Positions 27,291 to 34,608 of a stretch of 48,479 nt of DNA are shown here, in pieces (position 1 is the first letter of the stretch; each line of letters opens with the position of its first letter). The translations under genes and the position numbers were made by a program. A model generated the notes under the pieces. The model was not told the origin of the DNA, searched no databases, and worked only from the letters and a program-made list of their open reading frames with translations. Location: assembly GCA_044341785.1 (NCBI GenBank), contig JBIIRB010000001.1, forward strand, positions 1-48,479. Direction: 5' to 3'. This DNA is from Bacilli bacterium (GTDB taxonomy: Bacteria; Bacillota_I; Bacilli_A; RFN20; CAG-826).

Positions 27291-28265
27291 TTATTTCACT
27301 CCTTTGATCAGTGCTGGGATTGGTTTTAAATTCACCATCGAATCAATTAAAGGTGCAAAAGCATTCGATAAGATGACAGCATAGATAACCCCTTCAATGG
27401 AACTGGTATAGGTTCGGATAAGAACGGTAATCAAACCTGCAAAAACGCCATAAACGATTTTTCCAACCGTGGTGTTAGGGCTGGTATAGGGATCCGGAAG
27501 AATAAAGAACGCTGCAAACATAACGGTTCCCACAAGCGTGCTATATTCCCAAAGAGCAAATTGAGTACCATCCACATACATTTGGCCTAAGAATGTGAGG
27601 AGCATGACCGCTCCTAAATAAGCAAATGTGATTTTTAAATCGATGGATTTCAAATAGGCTAATCCTAGACCTAAAACGATAATACCTAAGCGAAAGGAAT
27701 CACCAATATAACCGTTGGTTGGGCCCATGAGCAATTCAAGATAAGTCAAGGTAAACGGGGTGACCGTGTGATTTTTTAAAAGACCAGCAATGTTACCTGG
27801 TGCGGCAACGATGAGGGCAAACGAAACTGATAAAAAAATGATGCCAACCACCGAGGGATTGAAAACATACTTTTTATGGCCACCAAAAACGAGCTTGCCG
27901 TAAAGGGAGGCAACTATCGCTCCGACGGCAGGCATCCAAAACAAGAAACTACCATTGATGGGATGAACAATCGTTATAGGAAGAAGCATGGTCATTAATA
28001 AAGGAGTATAAAGCCAGGCTGGATCAATTTTACGTTTTCTAAATTTAGCAAACGTTAATTCAACCAACAAGCCACCGAGAACCGCAGATAAAAAGATATA
28101 AAGAATTTCCACATGAAAGGATGGAAAAGGGGTCACAACTCGATAAAACATCAGCAGGAGTAAAGCCCCGCTTAAATACACTAAATTTCGATCAATAAAA
28201 AGCTGACGGAACGCATCTTGAATTGACGCAATTAAAGTCGATTTCTTCGCGATTTTTAAATCCAT
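27291..28265 (-). CDS. nqrB: NqrB/RnfD-family integral membrane subunit (RnfD-like length)
   Basis: 324-aa polytopic protein with family motifs YVFNPSVVGIIF and FILPDPYTSP. I cannot see a canonical SGAT flavinylation motif by eye; the nearest candidate is HTVTPF. Confidence 0.75.
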   Translation of the reverse strand: MDLKIAKKSTLIASIQDAFRQLFIDRNLVYLSGALLLLMFYRVVTPFPSFHVEILYIFLSAVLGGLLVELTFAKFRKRKIDPAWLYTPLLMTMLLPITIVHPINGSFLFWMPAVGAIVASLYGKLVFGGHKKYVFNPSVVGIIFLSVSFALIVAAPGNIAGLLKNHTVTPFTLTYLELLMGPTNGYIGDSFRLGIIVLGLGLAYLKSIDLKITFAYLGAVMLLTFLGQMYVDGTQFALWEYSTLVGTVMFAAFFILPDPYTSPNTTVGKIVYGVFAGLITVLIRTYTSSIEGVIYAVILSNAFAPLIDSMVNLKPIPALIKGVK

Positions 28266-28310
28266 ATTTCACCTCTTTTTTACCTAGTTAAATGTTTTCA
28301 TTCATTAGGG

Positions 28311-28351
28311 AAAAAAATAAACCATAGACATTATAATACAAAGTCTATGGT
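28311..28351 (-). terminator. Hairpin plus T-run between tRNA-Leu(CAG) and nqrB
   Basis: Minus strand: AACCATAGAC-tttgtattataat-GTCTATGGTT then TATTTTTTT. It has a 10-bp stem and a 13-nt loop, and ends 45 nt before the nqrB ATG. Confidence 0.55.
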
Positions 28352-28370
28352 TGTGCATAAATTCTTCGAT

Positions 28371-28455
28371 TGGTGCAGCCGGGGAGACTCGAACTCCCAA
28401 ACCGTGAAGTACTAGAACCTGAATCTAGCGCGTCTGCCAATTTCGCCACGGCTGC
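28371..28455 (-). tRNA. tRNA-Leu(CAG): tRNA-Leu, anticodon CAG
   Basis: The reverse complement has acceptor GCAGCCG/CGGCTGC, anticodon stem CTAGA/TCTAG, loop TTCAGGT, a long variable arm, T arm GGGAG-TTCGAGT-CTCCC and an encoded CCA. Confidence 0.9.
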
Positions 28456-28473
28456 CTAAACTTAATCTTATCA

Positions 28474-30090
28474 CTACTCAAGCATCGAAGAATCAAATGT
28501 ATTTAATTTCGCTTCAAGATAGTGATGGAACGTCATATTCAACACCGTATAAGAAGGATGGGTTGTCGCGTTGATTGAAAATTGTGCATAAGGCAAATCA
28601 TTGTCAGGAATAACCCTCGAAGCATAGGAACTCGCATATTGATTGAACATCGAATCAAAATGCGTTCGCGTTAACCATTGAGATTCTTTAATTTCTGATA
28701 AATACTGTTGATAAAGATTGACGTAGTCCTGGATACCTCCCGTCATAACGGTAAAGCGATAAAGTGGATTTTGTCGATCCGGGTTCGTCTCAAGTAACGC
28801 AAATTCAAACGGAGTAACCTTAGTCATGGATGGCCCTTTATCATTTTCAAAAGTTGGATCCCAATCCCCATGGGCACCCAAACCGCGATCAAAGTCATAA
28901 GGAATAAAAATGGCTTGATTGGTTGAAGGAACAAAATACACATAAGCATTATTAAAATTGTTTCTAAAGTCATCTGGATTTCCAATAAAGTATGCGATCG
29001 CTTCCATCATGATAAAAGACTCGATATCCACTTTGGTTTCTAGACTATTTTTCATCGATGCATCACTATAATTTGAAGTTGATTTTAACGTGCCAATTAA
29101 ATTGACGATATCAGAAAAATTTGGATTTTGCTTATTGGTTTTTAAATCATAACTCGGCCGATAAGGAGGATTAACATCCCAATTTTCAATTCCAATTTTT
29201 CCACCTTCAATGCGAGCATAATTATTACCACTGACTGAAATGGTTTGTGATTGGCGAAAATTGGCTGGCCATAAAGATTCGCTGCGAGCATCATAGGTGT
29301 AAGTCAATTTGTAAAGATTGCCATTGGCATCAGCTTCAGGAAATACTCGCTTGATGACTCGTTTATCGATCGTTTCGATTAATGTGAATACACCCATGTA
29401 GGTGGTTAAGTTATCAATCCGATTAGGAACATTGGTTTGAGTAATCGAAAATGCGCCTAGCGTTGCATTGGGGGCAATGGGTAAATAATCTTGAAAAAAT
29501 TTATAGGCATAAAGCTGTTTGATTTGAGAATGATCAAAGTTGCGATTCCATTTTAAATCTAATCGAGTCATCCCTAGTAGACGTTGATTTGGAATAAACT
29601 CGGCGAAATTCAATTTGAAATGCACCAAGTCAAAAATCATTCCCTCATCATTGACAAATTCTTGCCGGGATAAATTGCCTTTCATACGCACACCAATCTG
29701 TTCAAGTTCATAGGTTTTATTCGTGTTATCTTCATAAGTAACAAAGAAAGTTACACTTGCTTGGTGATAGGTTTCGCGCGCGTTTGAAAAAGAAATGCCA
29801 TCATCATTAACCTGTTGCAGTGTTGAAGCGCTTATCGTCAGTTCAATTTCAATTTTTGTACTCGGATTGAAAAACGCTAAATAATCGGGATTTTCATCAA
29901 TGACGGGTTGATCATAAGAAGATGATTGAGATTCACTTGACGTTGTGCTGCTCGTTGTTGAGTTTGAAACACTCGAGTTGGAACTTGATGGAATGATGAT
30001 GGTTAATTGACATGATGCTAAAATAAACGTTAAAGCAATCGTGATTAAAAAAGCACGAAGTCGATTAGGATTTGATTTCGATATAATCAT
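28474..30090 (-). CDS. CotH-family (atypical kinase fold) lipoprotein with Ser/Thr-rich linker
   Basis: Lipoprotein signal peptide with lipobox ILASC, then the low-complexity linker SSSNSSVSNSTTSSTTSSESQSSS. The CotH-like core includes LDLKWNRNFDHSQIKQLYAYKFF ... GVFTLIETIDKRVIKRVF...GNLYKL. Confidence 0.65.
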   Translation of the reverse strand: MIISKSNPNRLRAFLITIALTFILASCQLTIIIPSSSNSSVSNSTTSSTTSSESQSSSYDQPVIDENPDYLAFFNPSTKIEIELTISASTLQQVNDDGISFSNARETYHQASVTFFVTYEDNTNKTYELEQIGVRMKGNLSRQEFVNDEGMIFDLVHFKLNFAEFIPNQRLLGMTRLDLKWNRNFDHSQIKQLYAYKFFQDYLPIAPNATLGAFSITQTNVPNRIDNLTTYMGVFTLIETIDKRVIKRVFPEADANGNLYKLTYTYDARSESLWPANFRQSQTISVSGNNYARIEGGKIGIENWDVNPPYRPSYDLKTNKQNPNFSDIVNLIGTLKSTSNYSDASMKNSLETKVDIESFIMMEAIAYFIGNPDDFRNNFNNAYVYFVPSTNQAIFIPYDFDRGLGAHGDWDPTFENDKGPSMTKVTPFEFALLETNPDRQNPLYRFTVMTGGIQDYVNLYQQYLSEIKESQWLTRTHFDSMFNQYASSYASRVIPDNDLPYAQFSINATTHPSYTVLNMTFHHYLEAKLNTFDSSMLE

Positions 30091-30532
30091 GGAAATAACT
30101 TAAGCACTCCTTGCTTGGACGTTGAATCTTTTTTGAATACATGAGAATGATGTCATTGGGAACCCATTTTTCGGAATTTCGTTGTGTGTTTTGTTTGAGA
30201 ATAACGTCGATTGGCCGCTCGATATAAACGAGTATTTTCTTTTCAAACTCGCGTGCATCCTTGGCATATTGAATACGAATGTCATTCGTATCATTGACGC
30301 CATCGGCAATGACCGTCACATGTTCAGAACGTAAGGCATACTCATGAATACGGTTACGAAACGTTTCCCAAACTTTGGGTTCTTGATCAAACTTTTGGTA
30401 AGACCCTGTTACTTCTTTTCTAACCTCATCGCTTGAAACGATATGCACGTTAGTGTGGGTTCTTGCATATTCCGAAGCAAAGGTTGACTTACCTGCTCCA
30501 GGAATCGCACTTAATAAGATAAAAGTCTTCAA
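30065..30532 (-). CDS. Small P-loop kinase-like ATPase (AAA_33 / polynucleotide-kinase-like)
   Basis: Walker A is SAIPGAGKSTFA at residues 8-19. TTG start with GGAGG 4 nt upstream. The 3' end overlaps the CotH gene by 26 nt. Confidence 0.65.
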   Translation of the reverse strand: MKTFILLSAIPGAGKSTFASEYARTHTNVHIVSSDEVRKEVTGSYQKFDQEPKVWETFRNRIHEYALRSEHVTVIADGVNDTNDIRIQYAKDAREFEKKILVYIERPIDVILKQNTQRNSEKWVPNDIILMYSKKIQRPSKECLSYFHDYIEIKS

Positions 30533-30587
30533 TTTGCCTCCATTAAAATAAATTTATTTTAGCAAAAAAAACGTTTCAAGAAAATGA

Positions 30588-31046
30588 TTAAGCGACGAAT
30601 TGGACAAGCTGAGAAACTAACCGCTCTAAATAAAGTTGATCAATTTCATCAAATTGGGCTAATTGATAAGAATCAACGTCTAACACTCCGAGCAGTTTCT
30701 GACCTTTCAAAAGCGGAACGACAATTTCAGAGTTTGAACCTTCATCACAGGCAATATGGCCAGGGAAATCATGGACATTTTTCACAACTTGCGTTTTTCT
30801 TGTCTTTGCAGCCGCTCCGCATACACCGCGGTTTAAAGAAATAGATACACACGCCACTTTGCCTTGAAACGGCCCAAGATAAAGTTCAGAGCCATCAAAA
30901 AGATAAAATCCAACCCAGCTAAAATGGGGAAAATGTTGTTTGATAAGCGCACTCACATTAGCATAGATCGAAAGAGGATTTTGTTGACCTTCAAGCACAC
31001 CCGTAAGTGCGAGAAGCAACGATTCGTACGATTGCTTTTTGTTCAT
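30588..31046 (-). CDS. GAF-domain free methionine-(R)-sulfoxide reductase (fRMsr/MsrC-like)
   Basis: GKVACVSISLNRGVCGAAA ... FPGHIACDEGSNSEIVVP matches the fRMsr cysteine pattern. The start is set at the ATG at 31046 (MNKKQSY), which forms an ATGA overlap with the msrA stop. Confidence 0.75.
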   Translation of the reverse strand: MNKKQSYESLLLALTGVLEGQQNPLSIYANVSALIKQHFPHFSWVGFYLFDGSELYLGPFQGKVACVSISLNRGVCGAAAKTRKTQVVKNVHDFPGHIACDEGSNSEIVVPLLKGQKLLGVLDVDSYQLAQFDEIDQLYLERLVSQLVQFVA

Positions 31047-31543
31047 TTTTGTTCTTCTTTTTTGATCATGCCTAAGTTGATATGACAATATCCACGAGGA
31101 TTTTTATCTAAGTAGTCTTGGTGATAAGTTTCTGCATCATAAAAACCATTTAATGGAATGACTTCCACCGTAATTTTTTCTTGATATTTTTGTTGTTCTT
31201 GCTTGATAAATTGTTTGGCAATAGTTGCATCGTTTTCTTGTTGATAATAAATACCGGTACGATATTGAATTCCTTCATCATGCCCTTGACGATTCACCGA
31301 GGTGGGTTCAATAAATCGAAACATGTGCATGAGTAATTTATCTAATGTCATTAAAGCATCATCGTATTCAATCCAAACGGCCTCAGCATGGGTGGCTTTT
31401 TCATCGCAAACTTCTTCATATGTCGGGTTGGCATAATTGCCATTGCAATACCCTACTTGAGTATTGATGACGCCTTTAAGCTTTTTATAATAGGCTTCAA
31501 CTCCCCAGAAACAACCGCCTGCTAATACAATGGTTTTCTTCAT
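31043..31543 (-). CDS. msrA: Peptide-methionine (S)-S-oxide reductase
   Basis: The active site is GGCFWG, with GYCNGNYANPTYEEVC downstream. The preferred start is the ATG at 31543 (AAGAGG 6 nt upstream); the ORF-track start at 31558 is also possible. Confidence 0.9.
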   Translation of the reverse strand: MKKTIVLAGGCFWGVEAYYKKLKGVINTQVGYCNGNYANPTYEEVCDEKATHAEAVWIEYDDALMTLDKLLMHMFRFIEPTSVNRQGHDEGIQYRTGIYYQQENDATIAKQFIKQEQQKYQEKITVEVIPLNGFYDAETYHQDYLDKNPRGYCHINLGMIKKEEQK

Positions 31544-31622
31544 AATCAACCTCTTCATTATCTTACCAATTATTCATTGATAGTAAAGCATTAGTGCTTT
31601 AAGATAAAGCGAGGTTATATTG

Positions 31623-32435
31623 ATGGCTATAAAAGATTTTTATACGTTAAATCATGGAGTTAAAATTCCAAAAATAGGTTTTGGAACTTGGCAAATTAAA
31701 GAAGGCGATGAAGCCTATCAATCAACTTTATTCGCATTAAAATCTGGCTATCGTCATATCGACACTGCAGCAGCGTATGGCAATGAAAAGAGTGTCGGTC
31801 TCGCAATTAAGGATTCAGGAATTGCCCGAGAAGATATTTATGTGACAACCAAATTGCAATCGCATATCAAAGGATATTATTCAACGTTGGTCGAATGCGA
31901 ACGCTCATTAGAAAAATTAGGATTAAAATATCTCGATCTCTATTTAATTCATGCCCCTTGGCCATGGGCTTTCATCGGCGTGGATAACACGCAAGGCAAC
32001 ATTGAATCTTGGAAAGCGATGATTGAACTTCATAAGCAAGGAAAAATAAAAAGTATCGGTGTCAGTAATTTTGAAATCAAAGACTTACAACCCATTGTGG
32101 AAGCGACAGGATTTATCCCCCACGTTAATCAAATACCTTTTTGGATAGGGAGACCTCAAACCGAGTTGCGTGCTTATTGTGATCAACACAAGATACTCGT
32201 TGAAGCCTATTCCCCATTAGCAACGGGAAGAATTTTTAAACTTGAAATTTTACATTCATTAGCAAAAAAGTACAACGTGACTCCAGCACAACTTGCCATC
32301 CGTTATACGTTAGACATGGGAACATTACCTCTACCAAAATCAACGAATCAAGCTCGAATCATCGAAAACATTCAACTTGATTTTTCCATTTCGAAAGTAG
32401 ATTTAATGATGCTGAGCCAAATCAAAACCGAATAA
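31623..32435 (+). CDS. Aldo/keto reductase (YvgN/YtbE / 2,5-diketo-D-gluconate reductase-like)
   Basis: Contains GYRHIDTAAAYGNE, LDLYLIHAPW and IGVSNF. The ATG at 31623 has GAGG 8 nt upstream. Confidence 0.9.
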   Translation: MAIKDFYTLNHGVKIPKIGFGTWQIKEGDEAYQSTLFALKSGYRHIDTAAAYGNEKSVGLAIKDSGIAREDIYVTTKLQSHIKGYYSTLVECERSLEKLGLKYLDLYLIHAPWPWAFIGVDNTQGNIESWKAMIELHKQGKIKSIGVSNFEIKDLQPIVEATGFIPHVNQIPFWIGRPQTELRAYCDQHKILVEAYSPLATGRIFKLEILHSLAKKYNVTPAQLAIRYTLDMGTLPLPKSTNQARIIENIQLDFSISKVDLMMLSQIKTE

Positions 32436-32437
32436 GT

Positions 32438-32749
32438 CTATTGTTCCCCGTACGCTAAAGGCCCACGATATAAACTCATTCCACCCATCACATTCGTCAC
32501 TTGAAAACCATTTTTACCTAAATAATCCGCAACAACTTGGGAACGCGCACCTGAGTAACAAACAATAAAGTAATGTTTATTTTTTTCGATTTTGTTGATG
32601 TGATTCATAAAATCTGAAATGGGTGTTAAAAGTGCTCCAGGAATATGGCCTTCTTCAAATTCTTCAGGTTCGCGAACATCAAGAATATGAATAGGACCTT
32701 TTTTGATTAATTGTTCGAGTTCATTCATCATGACTGTTTTGTACATCAA
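32438..32749 (-). CDS. Single-domain rhodanese (sulfurtransferase)
   Basis: 103 aa with active-site loop VCYSGARS. Its ATG directly abuts the stop of the upstream reductase gene. Confidence 0.85.
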   Translation of the reverse strand: MMYKTVMMNELEQLIKKGPIHILDVREPEEFEEGHIPGALLTPISDFMNHINKIEKNKHYFIVCYSGARSQVVADYLGKNGFQVTNVMGGMSLYRGPLAYGEQ

Positions 32750-34387
32750 TTAGTTTCCTTTCCAAGCACGATACATATTGTAACCGCCTTCTAAATTGTA
32801 AACATTATAACCTTTACTTCTTAAGATACGTTCAGCATTGTAACCTTTTGATCCAGCATCGCAATAGACGATGATAGTTTTGTCTTTGGGCAAGGTTGCA
32901 TATTGCTCATAGAAAACATCGATATCGATATGGAAATCATTGGGGATATGACCATACGCTAATCGTTCCATCGCGGGTCGGACATCAACAAATAATGCTC
33001 CTTGCTTTTGATAAGATTCCACCTTGCTAGGATAGATGACTTTGGTAATTCCTTGTATCCGATTTTGGGCAACATATCCAATCATATTCACGATATCTTT
33101 AGCAGTACCATAAGGAGGTGAGTAACTTAATTCAAGTTCTTGAAGATCTGTAATTTTCATATTCGCCTTCATTGCCGTGGCAAGTACATCAATTCGTTTA
33201 TCCACACCTTTTTCACCAACCCCTTGGACCCCTAAGATACGTTCATTAGTTGGATCAAAAAGCACTTTGATATCAATCGTGGTTGCGCCAGGATAATAGC
33301 TGACATGGTCATATCCGTGCACATGCAGCACGTCAAAAGTTTGATCCGCCAATTGCCGTTCATTAAGACCCGTTGAAGCAAAACTTAAATTAAATAATCG
33401 CAAAATGGCAGTGCCCAGTGAGCCTTTATTGGTGGCAGGCAACCCACTTAAGATATCCGCGAGTTGTCGCCCTTGGCGATTAGCAGGCGAAGCTAATGAA
33501 ACTAACGCATCTTTACCTGAAATGTTATGTTTGACGATAATAGCATCGCCAATGGCATATATATGCTTAGCAGATGTTTGAAAATGATAATCAACCACAA
33601 TACCCTCACGCATGCCTAATTCAAGATTGGCTTGTTTAGCTAAAGTACTTTCAGGAATAACACCGATTGCAGTAATGATAAAATCAGTTTTAATCCGCGT
33701 TCCATCTTGAAGGCATACTTCAGTTTTCTTAACTTCAACAATTTCATGATCAGTGTAAACATCCACACCATGCTGAGTCAGAGTTTGTTTGGCAAAAGAA
33801 GCCATATCCAAATCAAAAATAGGAAGCACTTCTTTAGCTCGTTCTACAATCGTTACTTTAAGACCTTTTTTATGAAGGTTTTCTGCAACTTCAAGTCCGA
33901 TATAACCCGCACCGACGATGACGACGTGTTGAGGATTATTTTGTTTAATAAAAGCCATAATTGAATCTAGATTAGGAATATTTCTTAATTCAAAGTGAGG
34001 CATCAATGATAATCCTGGAATGTTAGGGACAATCGGACGAGCACCTGGAGATAAAACTAATTCGTCATAATGGAGCTCGTTATTAATTCCATCTTTTTGA
34101 TAAATTACTAATTGCCGATCAGGATGAATAGCGATGACCTCGGTGGAGGAACGAATGTCTAATTGAAATCGATTGACTAAATCTTTTTCTTTAACGACCA
34201 AAAGACGCGTTCGTGAAGGAATTTCTCCTGACATAAAATAAGGTAGACCACAATTTGCAAAAGAAACATAAGGTCCTTTTTCAAAAACAATGATTGTATC
34301 GTCAATGTTTAATCGACGATAACGGGTTGCAAAACTCATGCCACCCGCAACTCCTCCGATAACAACAATCGTTTTTTTAGTTTGCAT
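32750..34387 (-). CDS. CoA-disulfide/persulfide reductase with C-terminal rhodanese domain (CoADR-RHD type)
   Basis: FAD site VVIGGVAGG, redox cysteine in SFANCGLPYF, NAD(P)H site VGAGYIGLE, and a C-terminal rhodanese with VYCDAGSKG. Confidence 0.85.
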   Translation of the reverse strand: MQTKKTIVVIGGVAGGMSFATRYRRLNIDDTIIVFEKGPYVSFANCGLPYFMSGEIPSRTRLLVVKEKDLVNRFQLDIRSSTEVIAIHPDRQLVIYQKDGINNELHYDELVLSPGARPIVPNIPGLSLMPHFELRNIPNLDSIMAFIKQNNPQHVVIVGAGYIGLEVAENLHKKGLKVTIVERAKEVLPIFDLDMASFAKQTLTQHGVDVYTDHEIVEVKKTEVCLQDGTRIKTDFIITAIGVIPESTLAKQANLELGMREGIVVDYHFQTSAKHIYAIGDAIIVKHNISGKDALVSLASPANRQGRQLADILSGLPATNKGSLGTAILRLFNLSFASTGLNERQLADQTFDVLHVHGYDHVSYYPGATTIDIKVLFDPTNERILGVQGVGEKGVDKRIDVLATAMKANMKITDLQELELSYSPPYGTAKDIVNMIGYVAQNRIQGITKVIYPSKVESYQKQGALFVDVRPAMERLAYGHIPNDFHIDIDVFYEQYATLPKDKTIIVYCDAGSKGYNAERILRSKGYNVYNLEGGYNMYRAWKGN

Positions 34388-34409
34388 TTGACTCCTTCAT
34401 ACAATTAAT

Positions 34410-34439
34410 ATAATACCCCATGGGGTATATTAGAATCAA
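34410..34439 (-). promoter_or_regulatory. Putative promoter (TTGATT-18 nt-TATTAT) with an embedded perfect 16-bp palindrome ATACCCCATGGGGTAT (34413-34428); CsoR/CstR-type operator candidate
   Basis: The palindrome was read directly. It fills the -35/-10 spacer and lies 25-40 nt upstream of the reductase ATG (GAAGGAG RBS). Its AT-flank/G-C-core shape resembles CsoR-family operators as I recall them. Confidence 0.5.
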
Positions 34440-34449
34440 GTCAAAAAAC

Positions 34450-34474
34450 AAAAAAAGAGCGAAGACGCTCTTTT
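34450..34474 (-). terminator. Intrinsic terminator after tRNA-Ala
   Basis: Minus strand: AGAGCG-tctt-CGCTCT followed by TTTTTTGTTTTTT. Confidence 0.7.
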
Positions 34475-34487
34475 AAAATTAAGATTT

Positions 34488-34563
34488 TGGTGGAGCTGAC
34501 GAGGATCGAACTCGCTACCTCTTCCATGCCATGGAAGCGCTCTACCAAGTGAGCTACAGCCCC
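34488..34563 (-). tRNA. tRNA-Ala(GGC): tRNA-Ala, anticodon GGC
   Basis: Reverse complement: GGGGCTG-TA-GCTC-ACTTGGTA-GAGC-G-CTTCC-ATGGCAT-GGAAG-AGGTA-GCGAG-TTCGATC-CTCGT-CAGCTCC-A-CCA. The G3:U70 identity pair is present. Confidence 0.9.
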
Positions 34564-34608
34564 AAATACTTATAAACAATACCAAATCACCAACGTTTTT
34601 TCAATACT

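Noticed and set aside
28321-28351. TATAAT inside the hairpin loop as the nqr promoter
   Set aside because: There is no acceptable -35 at 16-18 nt (ATGCAC at best), and the hexamer is buried in a 10-bp stem-loop. It is kept only as a note in the corresponding finding.
30584-31085. Two plus-strand ORFs (86 and 73 aa) opposite the GAF/fRMsr gene
   Set aside because: They are antisense to a gene with a clear fRMsr cysteine pattern, and neither has an RBS.
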